Of a stretch of DNA of 12,578 nucleotides, positions 1 through 7,118 are shown one piece after another. The DNA is from Archangiaceae bacterium (GTDB lineage Bacteria > Myxococcota > Myxococcia > Myxococcales > Myxococcaceae). Position 1 is the first letter of the stretch. Every line of letters starts with the position of its first letter. The stretch is taken from assembly GCA_043750125.1 (NCBI GenBank), contig JAYVCD010000402.1, positions 1 through 12,578 on the forward strand, given 5' to 3'. The notes under the pieces are model-generated. The model saw only the letters and a list, made by a program, of their open reading frames with translations. It made no database searches and was not told where the DNA came from. The translations under genes and the position numbers were made by a program.

Positions 1-233
1 AAATCACCGTCGACGATGACCGGGTAGCCTTCGTCGGTCCACTGCTTCTGGAAGTACCGAGCCACGCTTTTCAGCGAGTCGGCACTCTGAAAGTACGCCA
101 GGCGGTAGTACTCGCCTCCAATCAACAGATCGTTGCCGATGCGAGTGTGGATGGTGCCGGGGTAGACCGGCAGGGGCTGTTCGGCGAAAGCCCACAGCGA
201 ACCGAGCAGCAGGATTGCGCTCAGCGCCTTCAC
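1..233 (-). CDS. Secreted/periplasmic hypothetical protein, 5' part only (runs off the left edge); not in the ORF track
   Basis: GTG at 233-231 overlaps the TGA (232-230) of the upstream TadE-like gene as GTGA. Manual translation is open to the edge: MKALSAILLLGSLWAFAEQPLPVYPGTIHTRIGNDLLIGGEYYRLAYFQSADSLKSVARYFQKQWTDEGYPVIVDGD. It begins with K, a hydrophobic stretch and AFA, as expected for a Sec signal peptide. Confidence 0.85.
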   Translation of the reverse strand, partial: MKALSAILLLGSLWAFAEQPLPVYPGTIHTRIGNDLLIGGEYYRLAYFQSADSLKSVARYFQKQWTDEGYPVIVDGD

Positions 234-1411
234 GGTCCTTCGCAGTTGTACTTCTTGTTGTGCTTGTCCTTGCCCGAGTGGTCCGGCGGTCCGGACTCAG
301 ACGGATTGTCCGCCTGGGCTTTTTTGCAGCCCATGAAGTACGGACCGCGGGCCTGGTAGATTTCGCGATACTGCGAGTCTTTGTATTCCGAAGTATCCCG
401 GAAGGGCGCCGTGTCGAAGCACTTGCGGCGCTCGTAATCGAGGCCCGGCCCATCGTTGTTCGAGTCGGTGTCCAGGTTGTTCATTCCCCAGGGGGCCCCG
501 TGCAGCGGGTCATGGGTGCACCCCCGGTTCCGGATGTTCGAATTTCCCGCGGCGAAGTAGTTGTGCGAGACGACGTAGGTGGCGCCCACCGGGTCGGGGA
601 TGACACTTCCGATCAACACTCTGATCCGGTCGAAGCCGGGAATGACGGCAAGCTTTTCGGGGGCTCCCAGCAGCCTCATCCGACGGACCTGGGTGTAGAG
701 GCCTTGATCGCTTCCGCCGCGGTGAACTCCCGAACGAGGTCCTCCGGCGCCGGTCTGGTGTTGCACCGCGTCGGCCCCATCAGGAAGCGCCCAGCCGCTG
801 GCCAGCAAAGTGAAGCGGTTCTTCATCGTCACGCTCTGCAGGTTGCGGCCTCCCCAAGCGTCGGCCTGGAAGAAGCCGCCGTTCTCATCGAGGAAGTGCT
901 TTGGCAGCAGCCGATTGTCCAACTGCATCGAGACTTCGACTTGGACCTTGCCTCCGGTGTTGAAGCCGAAGTGGTTGTAGATCGCGCTCACCGAGCCGTT
1001 GAGCACGCCGAGCAGGTTGTTGATGAACTTGTTCCCGCCCAGCGGGGCGATCGGGTTGGTGAACGCCGGAGCGGCCTGCGCGGTGATCGTCGCCTTGACG
1101 TTCGAGTAGCCGACGACGAAGTCCCCTGCGGGCTTGTCGTCGATAGAATCCATGTCTTTGTACTTTGCGACTGCGTCGAGAATCGAAGCAGTCTGAGCGA
1201 GCGAGAACGCCTGCGCGTGATCCTTCTGGCCATAGTCGTCCAGCGTGTGACTCGTCATTTCCCAGGCGACGAACCGGCTGGCTTCCTGAAGCTTGAGCTT
1301 CGCCCGCACCAGCTCGGTGAAATACATGCTGTAGAGGAGGATCACGATCATCACCGGCAGCACGAGCGCAAACTCGGTGATCGCCTGGCCCTTGTTTTTC
1401 AGTCGGCTCAT
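230..1411 (-). CDS. tadE: TadE-like Tad/Flp minor pilin with a large C-terminal extracellular domain (393 aa)
   Basis: Class III signal peptide MSRLKNKG|QAITEFALVLPVMIVILLY with Glu at +5, followed by LQEASRFVAWE typical of TadE-like proteins. There are four Cys in the C-terminal part. The ATG is 3 nt after the upstream stop. Confidence 0.85.
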   Translation of the reverse strand: MSRLKNKGQAITEFALVLPVMIVILLYSMYFTELVRAKLKLQEASRFVAWEMTSHTLDDYGQKDHAQAFSLAQTASILDAVAKYKDMDSIDDKPAGDFVVGYSNVKATITAQAAPAFTNPIAPLGGNKFINNLLGVLNGSVSAIYNHFGFNTGGKVQVEVSMQLDNRLLPKHFLDENGGFFQADAWGGRNLQSVTMKNRFTLLASGWALPDGADAVQHQTGAGGPRSGVHRGGSDQGLYTQVRRMRLLGAPEKLAVIPGFDRIRVLIGSVIPDPVGATYVVSHNYFAAGNSNIRNRGCTHDPLHGAPWGMNNLDTDSNNDGPGLDYERRKCFDTAPFRDTSEYKDSQYREIYQARGPYFMGCKKAQADNPSESGPPDHSGKDKHNKKYNCEGP

Positions 1412-1414
1412 CGG

Positions 1415-3487
1415 TCAGTGGGTGATGATCTTCTGGGGCAGGTCTTTGAGCGGCGCCGGCAAAACATTCTCGAGGTCACTGACCAGGGGAAAGGCGTACT
1501 TGCCCTGCCACACCGAAGCGAGACGTGGCTTCCAATAGGGGTTGAAAAAATTGGGCTGCTCAGCCCAGTTGCCAGGGCGGTGGTAATAGGTCTGACCGCG
1601 CGCCACGACGCTGAGGCCTTTGAACGTCAGGAACGTCGCCCGCGTGTTGTCGAACGTCAGCTTCCGCGTTTGCTTGAAAGCGAAGCTCAGCGCCCCGGTG
1701 TCATTGAGCAAGGCAGGCTTGTTGGTGCCCGCGCCGGTCTGCTCTCTCTTCGGGTTCAACGTCTGTTCTGCGGTCTTGTTCAGCACTACCCAGGTCGAGG
1801 GTTGGTTGAATTCGCGCAGCCGGTTGGCGGCCTGGGTAATGCTGGCGTCCCCTGCACTGCCGAGGGTCAGCGCGCACGCTTTGCTGTACTGGCCGGGCTC
1901 GAAGTGGGGAAAGCGCACCAACCCTTCCCAGGGGTGGTTTTGATCTCTGATCGGCCGAACGTTGGCCACGTACACCTCGGTTTTGAACTTGGCCCCCAGG
2001 AGGTTGACGATGGTCTTGCTGAAGATGTTGATCCCCACGTCGCGGTAGGAATTCGGTACCCCGCCGGCGCTGTAGTTGGGAAGATCACTTGCGGTGGAAC
2101 CGGGTTGAATTCCCGACCCAGTGACCAGCCTCCAATGGATTCCGCCTCCTACTCCGGTGGGGTCTTCCTCTTTGCTCTGAGCCCAGATGCTGGTCTTCAC
2201 CGTGTGACGGAACGGAAGGTTGCTGTCCTGACCTTTGCGGTTGTCTCCCCAGCAATGCAGCTCGTCGTCGTCGTCTTTGCACGAGAGCGGGTTGGTGAGG
2301 ACAAACACCCCCAGGTCCAGCTCGGCCGGCCCAATCTTGATCTGGTAAATGTCATCCGAGCCGATGCTGTCGCCCTGAGTGAGATCCGAGATGGGCTCGT
2401 TGGGAAAGTCGTTCTTCCAGTCTCGAATGTAGTTGCGGTCCTTGCCGCCCTCTTTGCCCAGCCCGTATTTGTAGCTGAGCATCTTCGTCTGGCCCCACTT
2501 CCAGTCGAGCTTGTTGAGAATGTCGCGCACGATGCCGAAGTTTCCCGGCAGAGGAATGATCTGCCCCGGCCGACGGTCGGTGACCAAGCCTGGACCGCAG
2601 AGGCTGTTGCCTGAGCCTTCGTGGTCGCAGGCGAATCGGGTAGCGTTCGAGATCTTCCCCATGGATCTCTTCGCGCGCGCGACCTTGTCGAGCTCGCTGC
2701 TGTTGAAGATGGGGAGGGGGTCGAAAATCGTGCCCGGGTTCAGTCGCGCTGAAATCCCGGCTTCCTTCATGTGGGCATTTTCGAGGATGCAGGTCGACAA
2801 CAGGCCACTGAGCGTGCGGGTGGCTGCGGAATCAACGTTCACATCGTTGTCGACAATGATGTCGTTGGACGTGTTGGCCACATGAGTCATCGTTCCGTAC
2901 AACGTGGCCTGAGAAAGCGCGCCCAGCGCCTGGTTCAAGATCCGGTGGCCAGGAATTATGAAGCGCCCGATGAAATAGTCGACCCTGACCGACTTCAGTG
3001 TTTCCTGAATTCCTCGGGCGGCGTTTTCGACGACGACCCGAATCGAACGGAGCGCGGAAAAGAGTCCCGCGAGCAGCGGCCCAAAATAGGGAAGTGCTTT
3101 GAGCCCGTTGCAGATGACGACCCACTTGCCTGCTTTCGGAGGCGAGCAAGGGCTGGCGGTCAGGAGCACTCCGAGTGCGTCGGTGAAGAACGCCTCGAGG
3201 AAATAGAGAAACGAAAGCATCGATTGCCAGACCATCGCCGCGACGTAATGCGAGACCTGGGTGCGGTTGGAGAACGCGTAGAAGTTGAAGGCGCGGGCTT
3301 CCATCGCAGCCATCGAATAAGCCGCAGCGTCGGCGGTGTTCTGCAATCGCACCCGCTCGTTGATGTTGTGGCCAAGGTTGATCGTTGCGAGCACCGCGAT
3401 CGAAAGAATCAGCACCATCAGCGCCGCGAGAACGAGCGCCTGCCCTTCTTGCCGGCGCATCGCGCTGCGAAGGGTTCGGGTGAACAT
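1415..3487 (-). CDS. TadG-like (Tad domain) pilus tip protein / large minor pilin (690 aa)
   Basis: RRQEG|QALVLAALMVLILSIAVLATINLG prepilin-like segment lacking Glu+5, followed by the LQNTADAAAYSMA motif typical of TadG-like N-terminal domains. Eight Cys. C-terminal YYHRPGNWAEQPNFFNPYWKPRL. Confidence 0.85.
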   Translation of the reverse strand: MFTRTLRSAMRRQEGQALVLAALMVLILSIAVLATINLGHNINERVRLQNTADAAAYSMAAMEARAFNFYAFSNRTQVSHYVAAMVWQSMLSFLYFLEAFFTDALGVLLTASPCSPPKAGKWVVICNGLKALPYFGPLLAGLFSALRSIRVVVENAARGIQETLKSVRVDYFIGRFIIPGHRILNQALGALSQATLYGTMTHVANTSNDIIVDNDVNVDSAATRTLSGLLSTCILENAHMKEAGISARLNPGTIFDPLPIFNSSELDKVARAKRSMGKISNATRFACDHEGSGNSLCGPGLVTDRRPGQIIPLPGNFGIVRDILNKLDWKWGQTKMLSYKYGLGKEGGKDRNYIRDWKNDFPNEPISDLTQGDSIGSDDIYQIKIGPAELDLGVFVLTNPLSCKDDDDELHCWGDNRKGQDSNLPFRHTVKTSIWAQSKEEDPTGVGGGIHWRLVTGSGIQPGSTASDLPNYSAGGVPNSYRDVGINIFSKTIVNLLGAKFKTEVYVANVRPIRDQNHPWEGLVRFPHFEPGQYSKACALTLGSAGDASITQAANRLREFNQPSTWVVLNKTAEQTLNPKREQTGAGTNKPALLNDTGALSFAFKQTRKLTFDNTRATFLTFKGLSVVARGQTYYHRPGNWAEQPNFFNPYWKPRLASVWQGKYAFPLVSDLENVLPAPLKDLPQKIITH

Positions 3488-3491
3488 CGCC

Positions 3492-4490
3492 TCAGAGCCC
3501 CCACGAAGGGTTCAGGTGCATGATCCACTTGCGGTGGAAGTTGGACTGCATTCGCATCGAATAGGTGGCGGTGAGGGGCAGAAAATAGCGCTTGCCGATG
3601 GCGTTCGACAGCAGCGGAATCGATCCGGTGGCCAGACCCCAAAGCACCCGCATCTCGGGCTTGTACACAGAGGCAAAGCCCTTCTGGTGCTTGATCCCCT
3701 TGCCCCGGGCGCCCAGGGTCGACACATCTTCGCTGGCGCCCAGCATGTTCTGTTTATGGGTCGTCGAGCGATCGATGCTGCCATAGAGGGCAACATCGGC
3801 GTTGCCCGCGTACCAGGCGAGGAAGATGATCCAATTGGCGAACGGAACCCGCATTTCGTACCAATAGCGCAGCCGGATCTGGAGCAGGGTTGCCTTCCGG
3901 TAGACCTCTTCCTGGTTGTCAGGCACCGGAAGGTTGAAGAACTTGGCGATCTTTTTTTCGAGGTTCGGGACTTCCGGGTACGAATCGGGCCCATCGAAGT
4001 CGAGCTCTTTCCAGTTGGCCCCATCGCGCAGCTTCCAGATGTTGTCGATGGGCGAAAACCATGACGGGTTGACCGTGTCGACCCGAATCAAGCCAACCAG
4101 GTTGGAACCGTTGATCGCCTGGAGATCGGGTCCGACTCCCCATGAGAGCTGAGCGAGCGCGGCGTCGTAAAGCTGGTGCTTGATCCAGGTTTCTCCGACT
4201 CGGACCAGAGAATCGGTGCGCCCCATCGAGGGCAGCAGCGCGACGATCGCCGCATCGTGCATTCGCTCATTGTTGCCATTCCAAACGATGCCGGCCCGCG
4301 CGGCCTGATAGGCGGCGTACTCGGTCATCAACTTCGCGTGCTGAACCATCGTGAGCTGAATGATGCCCAGGCACATGAAGACCATCAGCGGCATCACGAT
4401 CGCTGACTCGACCGCAGCCTGCCCCTTTGGAGGGCATGGGCGTCTGGGCTTCACGTCGTTGATTATCTGATTCACGGAGCGATGGAGCAT
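3492..4490 (-). CDS. tadE: TadE-like Tad/Flp minor pilin (up to 332 aa; start uncertain: ATG 4490, GTG 4475 or GTG 4454)
   Basis: PPKG|QAAVESAIVMPLMVFMCLGIIQL with Glu+5, then EYAAYQAARAG, the TadE-like helix motif. The stop is 4 nt before the TadG-like ATG. Confidence 0.85.
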   Translation of the reverse strand: MLHRSVNQIINDVKPRRPCPPKGQAAVESAIVMPLMVFMCLGIIQLTMVQHAKLMTEYAAYQAARAGIVWNGNNERMHDAAIVALLPSMGRTDSLVRVGETWIKHQLYDAALAQLSWGVGPDLQAINGSNLVGLIRVDTVNPSWFSPIDNIWKLRDGANWKELDFDGPDSYPEVPNLEKKIAKFFNLPVPDNQEEVYRKATLLQIRLRYWYEMRVPFANWIIFLAWYAGNADVALYGSIDRSTTHKQNMLGASEDVSTLGARGKGIKHQKGFASVYKPEMRVLWGLATGSIPLLSNAIGKRYFLPLTATYSMRMQSNFHRKWIMHLNPSWGL

Positions 4491-4493
4491 CCG

Positions 4494-4523
4494 TCATACG
4501 GCCTGAGTCAGCCTGCAGTTTCC
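4494..4523 (-). promoter_or_regulatory. Putative ECF sigma-dependent promoter for the tad minor-pilin genes (-35 GGAAAC at 4523-4518, 17-nt spacer, -10 CGTA at 4500-4497)
   Basis: The minus strand reads GGAAAC-tgcaggctgactcaggc-CGTATGA. This matches the AAC(-35)/CGT(-10) pattern of many ECF promoters (e.g. Bacillus SigW/SigM-type) and lies in the short gap between the anti-sigma stop and the first pilin gene. Confidence 0.55.
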
Positions 4524-4535
4524 GACTCGCGCAAA

Positions 4536-5966
4536 TCAGTAAGTCGTGGCGGCGGGTTTCGCTTCGGCCGGCTTGACTTTGGCCGGCTGGGCCGGGATGT
4601 CTGCCGGGCTCTCGGACTCCATCCGGCTCCGCTTCGCAGCAGGGGCCGACCGCTGCACATTGTTGCGGCGGGTGGCGATCTGTTGAGCCGCAGCAGTGTT
4701 CGGGAACTCGAGCAGCAGCGCATCGCAATAGCGGTCGGCCTGGCCTGGATTCCCCAGCACCTCGAGTGCGCTGCAGAGCCGATTGAGAGCTTCAGCGCGA
4801 GGGGCTCCCTTCACCTGGGTCTGCAGCACCGCCAACGCCTGCTTCACTTCTTCCTGTCGGTTTCCCTGATTGGCCGCAGACCGGGCCGAGTCGAGGTAGC
4901 CGCGGGCGACTTGTTCTTGATCGCGTTGCACGGACTCGATGTCTTTGTTTCCCCCTTTGCGGCCATCGCTTTGCTCATCGAGGTCGCCGCGGCTCGACGG
5001 AACCGCTTTGTCTGCGCTGGCCGATAGGCCCGCGTTGCTCCGACTGCCGCTGCCTCCCATGCTCAGCCCGAGGCTCGACGGTTGGGCCTGGGGTGCGGCG
5101 GCCGCAGCAGGGGGTGCCGAGGGCTTGGCCAAAGCGATCTTTTGTTCTTCGGCCTTCTTTCCCTGGACGTAACCCCCGCGCGCATTTCCAAAGTCGGAAT
5201 CAAGGCTGGGATTTGGAGCTTCACGCCGGCTCTTCGCTTCTTTTTGCGCCGCAGACAGTGCGGTCCCTAGCCCCCCACTTTCCTCGAGCTGACGTTCCGT
5301 GGCCGGGCTCTTGGTGTCTTCCAGGCTCTTTGCGTAATCGTCGTCGCTGTTTTTCAAGAGGACGTCTTGTTTCTTGTTGGCTGTGCCCCAGGGGCGCGCT
5401 TCCATCGATTTGCGATCAGACTCTGCTCCAACCCCCCCGGTCTTCCCCGCCGCCTTCAACTTCTCAGCGCTCTTCTTCGGTTCGGGCAACTTACTTTCAG
5501 ACTTGCCTTCACCTGCGCCCGGAGCCTGAGCGGGGGCGGAAGCAACCAGAGAGGGGTCCAGGGTGCGGCCGTCTTTGCGCGGTTGGGCATCGAGAACTGC
5601 TTTCTCTGCTGAGAGATCAACTTCTTCCCCGGTCTTGACCGCCACGACGGCGACGAGAGCCAATGCGCAGGCGCCCGCGAATGAAGCGACCCATCGCGTC
5701 AACCTTCCGCGGGTCGACTTCGGGGCAGCGTATCGCGCAGCGGCCTGGTCGGCATAAGCGAGCAGCGACTCGAGCCCCTGGGCAGGAGCAGGCTCTTGTG
5801 GCAGCGCGCTCATCATCATGCGAACTGACTGGATCTGATCGAGCGCCTGGGTGCAGCGCGCACACGACTCGAGGTGCGATTCGACCGCGCTTGACTCGGG
5901 GGCAGGCAGCTCGCCGTAAGCGAAGCCCAGCAGCTTGTCCTCGGTTTGGTGGATCGCGGTTGCCAT
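4536..5966 (-). CDS. Zinc-binding (ZAS/zf-HC2) transmembrane anti-sigma factor with low-complexity linker and C-terminal TPR-like domain (about 476 aa)
   Basis: The likely start is ATG 5966 (MATAIHQ...), which avoids overlap with the sigma gene. It carries H-x24-HLESCARC (HxxxCxxC) and one TM helix WVASFAGACALALVAVVAV. An Ala/Ser/Lys/Pro-rich linker precedes a helical C-terminus ending ...YCDALLLEFPNTAAA. It lies directly downstream of an ECF sigma gene. Confidence 0.85.
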   Translation of the reverse strand: MATAIHQTEDKLLGFAYGELPAPESSAVESHLESCARCTQALDQIQSVRMMMSALPQEPAPAQGLESLLAYADQAAARYAAPKSTRGRLTRWVASFAGACALALVAVVAVKTGEEVDLSAEKAVLDAQPRKDGRTLDPSLVASAPAQAPGAGEGKSESKLPEPKKSAEKLKAAGKTGGVGAESDRKSMEARPWGTANKKQDVLLKNSDDDYAKSLEDTKSPATERQLEESGGLGTALSAAQKEAKSRREAPNPSLDSDFGNARGGYVQGKKAEEQKIALAKPSAPPAAAAAPQAQPSSLGLSMGGSGSRSNAGLSASADKAVPSSRGDLDEQSDGRKGGNKDIESVQRDQEQVARGYLDSARSAANQGNRQEEVKQALAVLQTQVKGAPRAEALNRLCSALEVLGNPGQADRYCDALLLEFPNTAAAQQIATRRNNVQRSAPAAKRSRMESESPADIPAQPAKVKPAEAKPAATTY

Positions 5967-5985
5967 CGTGGTTGTCGTGGGGCCC

Positions 5986-6612
5986 TCAGGCCACCGTTCG
6001 CCCTTTCGCCATGTCTCCATCTGCGCCCAGCTCACCCAGTCGTTTTCGCAAGCCTTCCAGCGCGTAACGCATTCGGCTCTTCACGGTGTTCTCGTTAACG
6101 CCGGTCACTTCGGCAATCTCTTTGAATCCGATCCCGTGGTACTCGCGCAGCAAGAACACTTCGCGTTGCTCCTCGGGCAGGGACTCAAGCGCCTGCTCGA
6201 TCATCGGGCGCAACCGGGCGTTGTGGGCGGCGCGATCTGGCGCCGCACCCTCAGAATCCGCGACCAGCTCGCCGAGCGCCCGACCTTCGCTGTCCGCGCG
6301 TCCACCGACCGGAGCGTCCAGTGATTCGGTCTTTCGGTAGCTCTCCTTTCGCGCGCTGTCGACACAGAGGTTCCTCGCAATGGTGAAGACCCAGGTGGTG
6401 AAGCGGGCCTTCGGTTGGTACTCGCCTGCTGATCTCACTACTTTCAACCACGTCTCTTGAAGCACGTCTTCGGCCCGCTGCCGGTGATTCGTGAAACGAA
6501 GGATGAAGTTGAAGACTGAACCGCGGTGGCGCGTGACGAGGATGGCGAACGCCGAAGCGTCGCCCGCTTTGAACGCGAGCATCAGCAGCTCATCGCTCGT
6601 CTCAGGTCCCAA
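5986..6612 (-). CDS. RNA polymerase sigma-70 family ECF sigma factor (208 aa)
   Basis: Region 2: AEDVLQETWLKV...FTTWVFTIARNLCVDSARK. Region 4: LPEEQREVFLLREYHGIGFKEIAEVTGVNENTVKSRMRYA. TTG start with GGGGA 8 nt upstream. Regions 1.1 and 3 are absent. Confidence 0.95.
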   Translation of the reverse strand: MGPETSDELLMLAFKAGDASAFAILVTRHRGSVFNFILRFTNHRQRAEDVLQETWLKVVRSAGEYQPKARFTTWVFTIARNLCVDSARKESYRKTESLDAPVGGRADSEGRALGELVADSEGAAPDRAAHNARLRPMIEQALESLPEEQREVFLLREYHGIGFKEIAEVTGVNENTVKSRMRYALEGLRKRLGELGADGDMAKGRTVA

Positions 6613-6662
6613 ACTTTCATTCCCCGTTACAACTGGTTGAACGTGTGGTCAGCCGCGATGAT

Positions 6663-7070
6663 CTACTTTCGCAAAAAACGCCGGTAAGTCGCGAGAATGA
6701 CAGGCGTCGCCACCCCTGTCACCAACCCCAACTGCAACAGCAATGGCAACGGCAATGGACGCTGCAGGTGGATGAACAGCGTCCGACCCAACGCCAGTCC
6801 CAGCAGGACGCCGGTGAAGGTCCGCCAGGTGTTGGAAAAAACGTGGGGGTTGAATCGGCCCCAGGCCCAATCGAAGAGGGCGGGAACCAGCAGGCCGACT
6901 GAAAACAGAATGTCGAGCGGATGGGCCAGGGGTGCGTGTACCGCCAGTTGAACCGCAATGGCCGCGAAGAGAATGGGGTAGGTGCCAAGGCAACGGGCAC
7001 AGACGTGAACCCCGCCCACTTTCCACGTGCGATCGAGTTCGTCGTTTCGGTGATGAGAGAGCCAGAACAT
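6663..7070 (-). CDS. DUF2085-like small integral membrane protein (start ATG 7070, or GTG 7112)
   Basis: MFWLSHH...RTWKVGGVHVCARCLGTY and SNTWRTFTGVLLG resemble the CARC and NxxRxxTG motifs I associate with DUF2085. About four hydrophobic segments. Confidence 0.7.
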   Translation of the reverse strand: MFWLSHHRNDELDRTWKVGGVHVCARCLGTYPILFAAIAVQLAVHAPLAHPLDILFSVGLLVPALFDWAWGRFNPHVFSNTWRTFTGVLLGLALGRTLFIHLQRPLPLPLLLQLGLVTGVATPVILATYRRFLRK

Positions 7071-7118
7071 GGGCAACCCGCTGAAGATCCACCCTCGGGG
7101 CTCGGCAGTCACGGAATA

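Noticed and set aside
4-453. 149-aa Arg/Thr-rich minus-strand ORF
   Set aside because: It is an alternative frame overlapping the TadE 3' end and the better-supported GTG-233 gene.
1409-1417. In-frame TGA-CCG-ATG junction suggesting readthrough fusion of the TadG-like and TadE-like genes (similarly the in-frame 9-nt gap at 10360-10368)
   Set aside because: Each downstream gene has its own intact N-terminal signal or domain, in-frame spacing occurs by chance one time in three, and no recoding signal was seen.
215-2614. 799-aa plus-strand ORF
   Set aside because: It is the antisense shadow of two in-frame minus-strand pilin genes in GC-rich DNA. It has no recognisable motifs and its composition is typical of such shadows.
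5967-6035. N-terminal extension of the anti-sigma ORF in the track
   Set aside because: It overlaps the sigma 3' end. ATG 5966 places the ZAS motif at the usual N-terminal position.
6582-6620. Short out-of-frame ORF MKVWDLRRAMSC overlapping the sigma start
   Set aside because: There is no properly spaced RBS for its ATG, while GGGGA is correctly spaced for the sigma TTG. There is no support for a leader peptide.
6698-6721. Hairpin TGACAGG...CCTGTCA near a T run
   Set aside because: It lies inside the DUF2085-like coding sequence and the T run is about 20 nt from the stem, so it is not a convincing intrinsic terminator.
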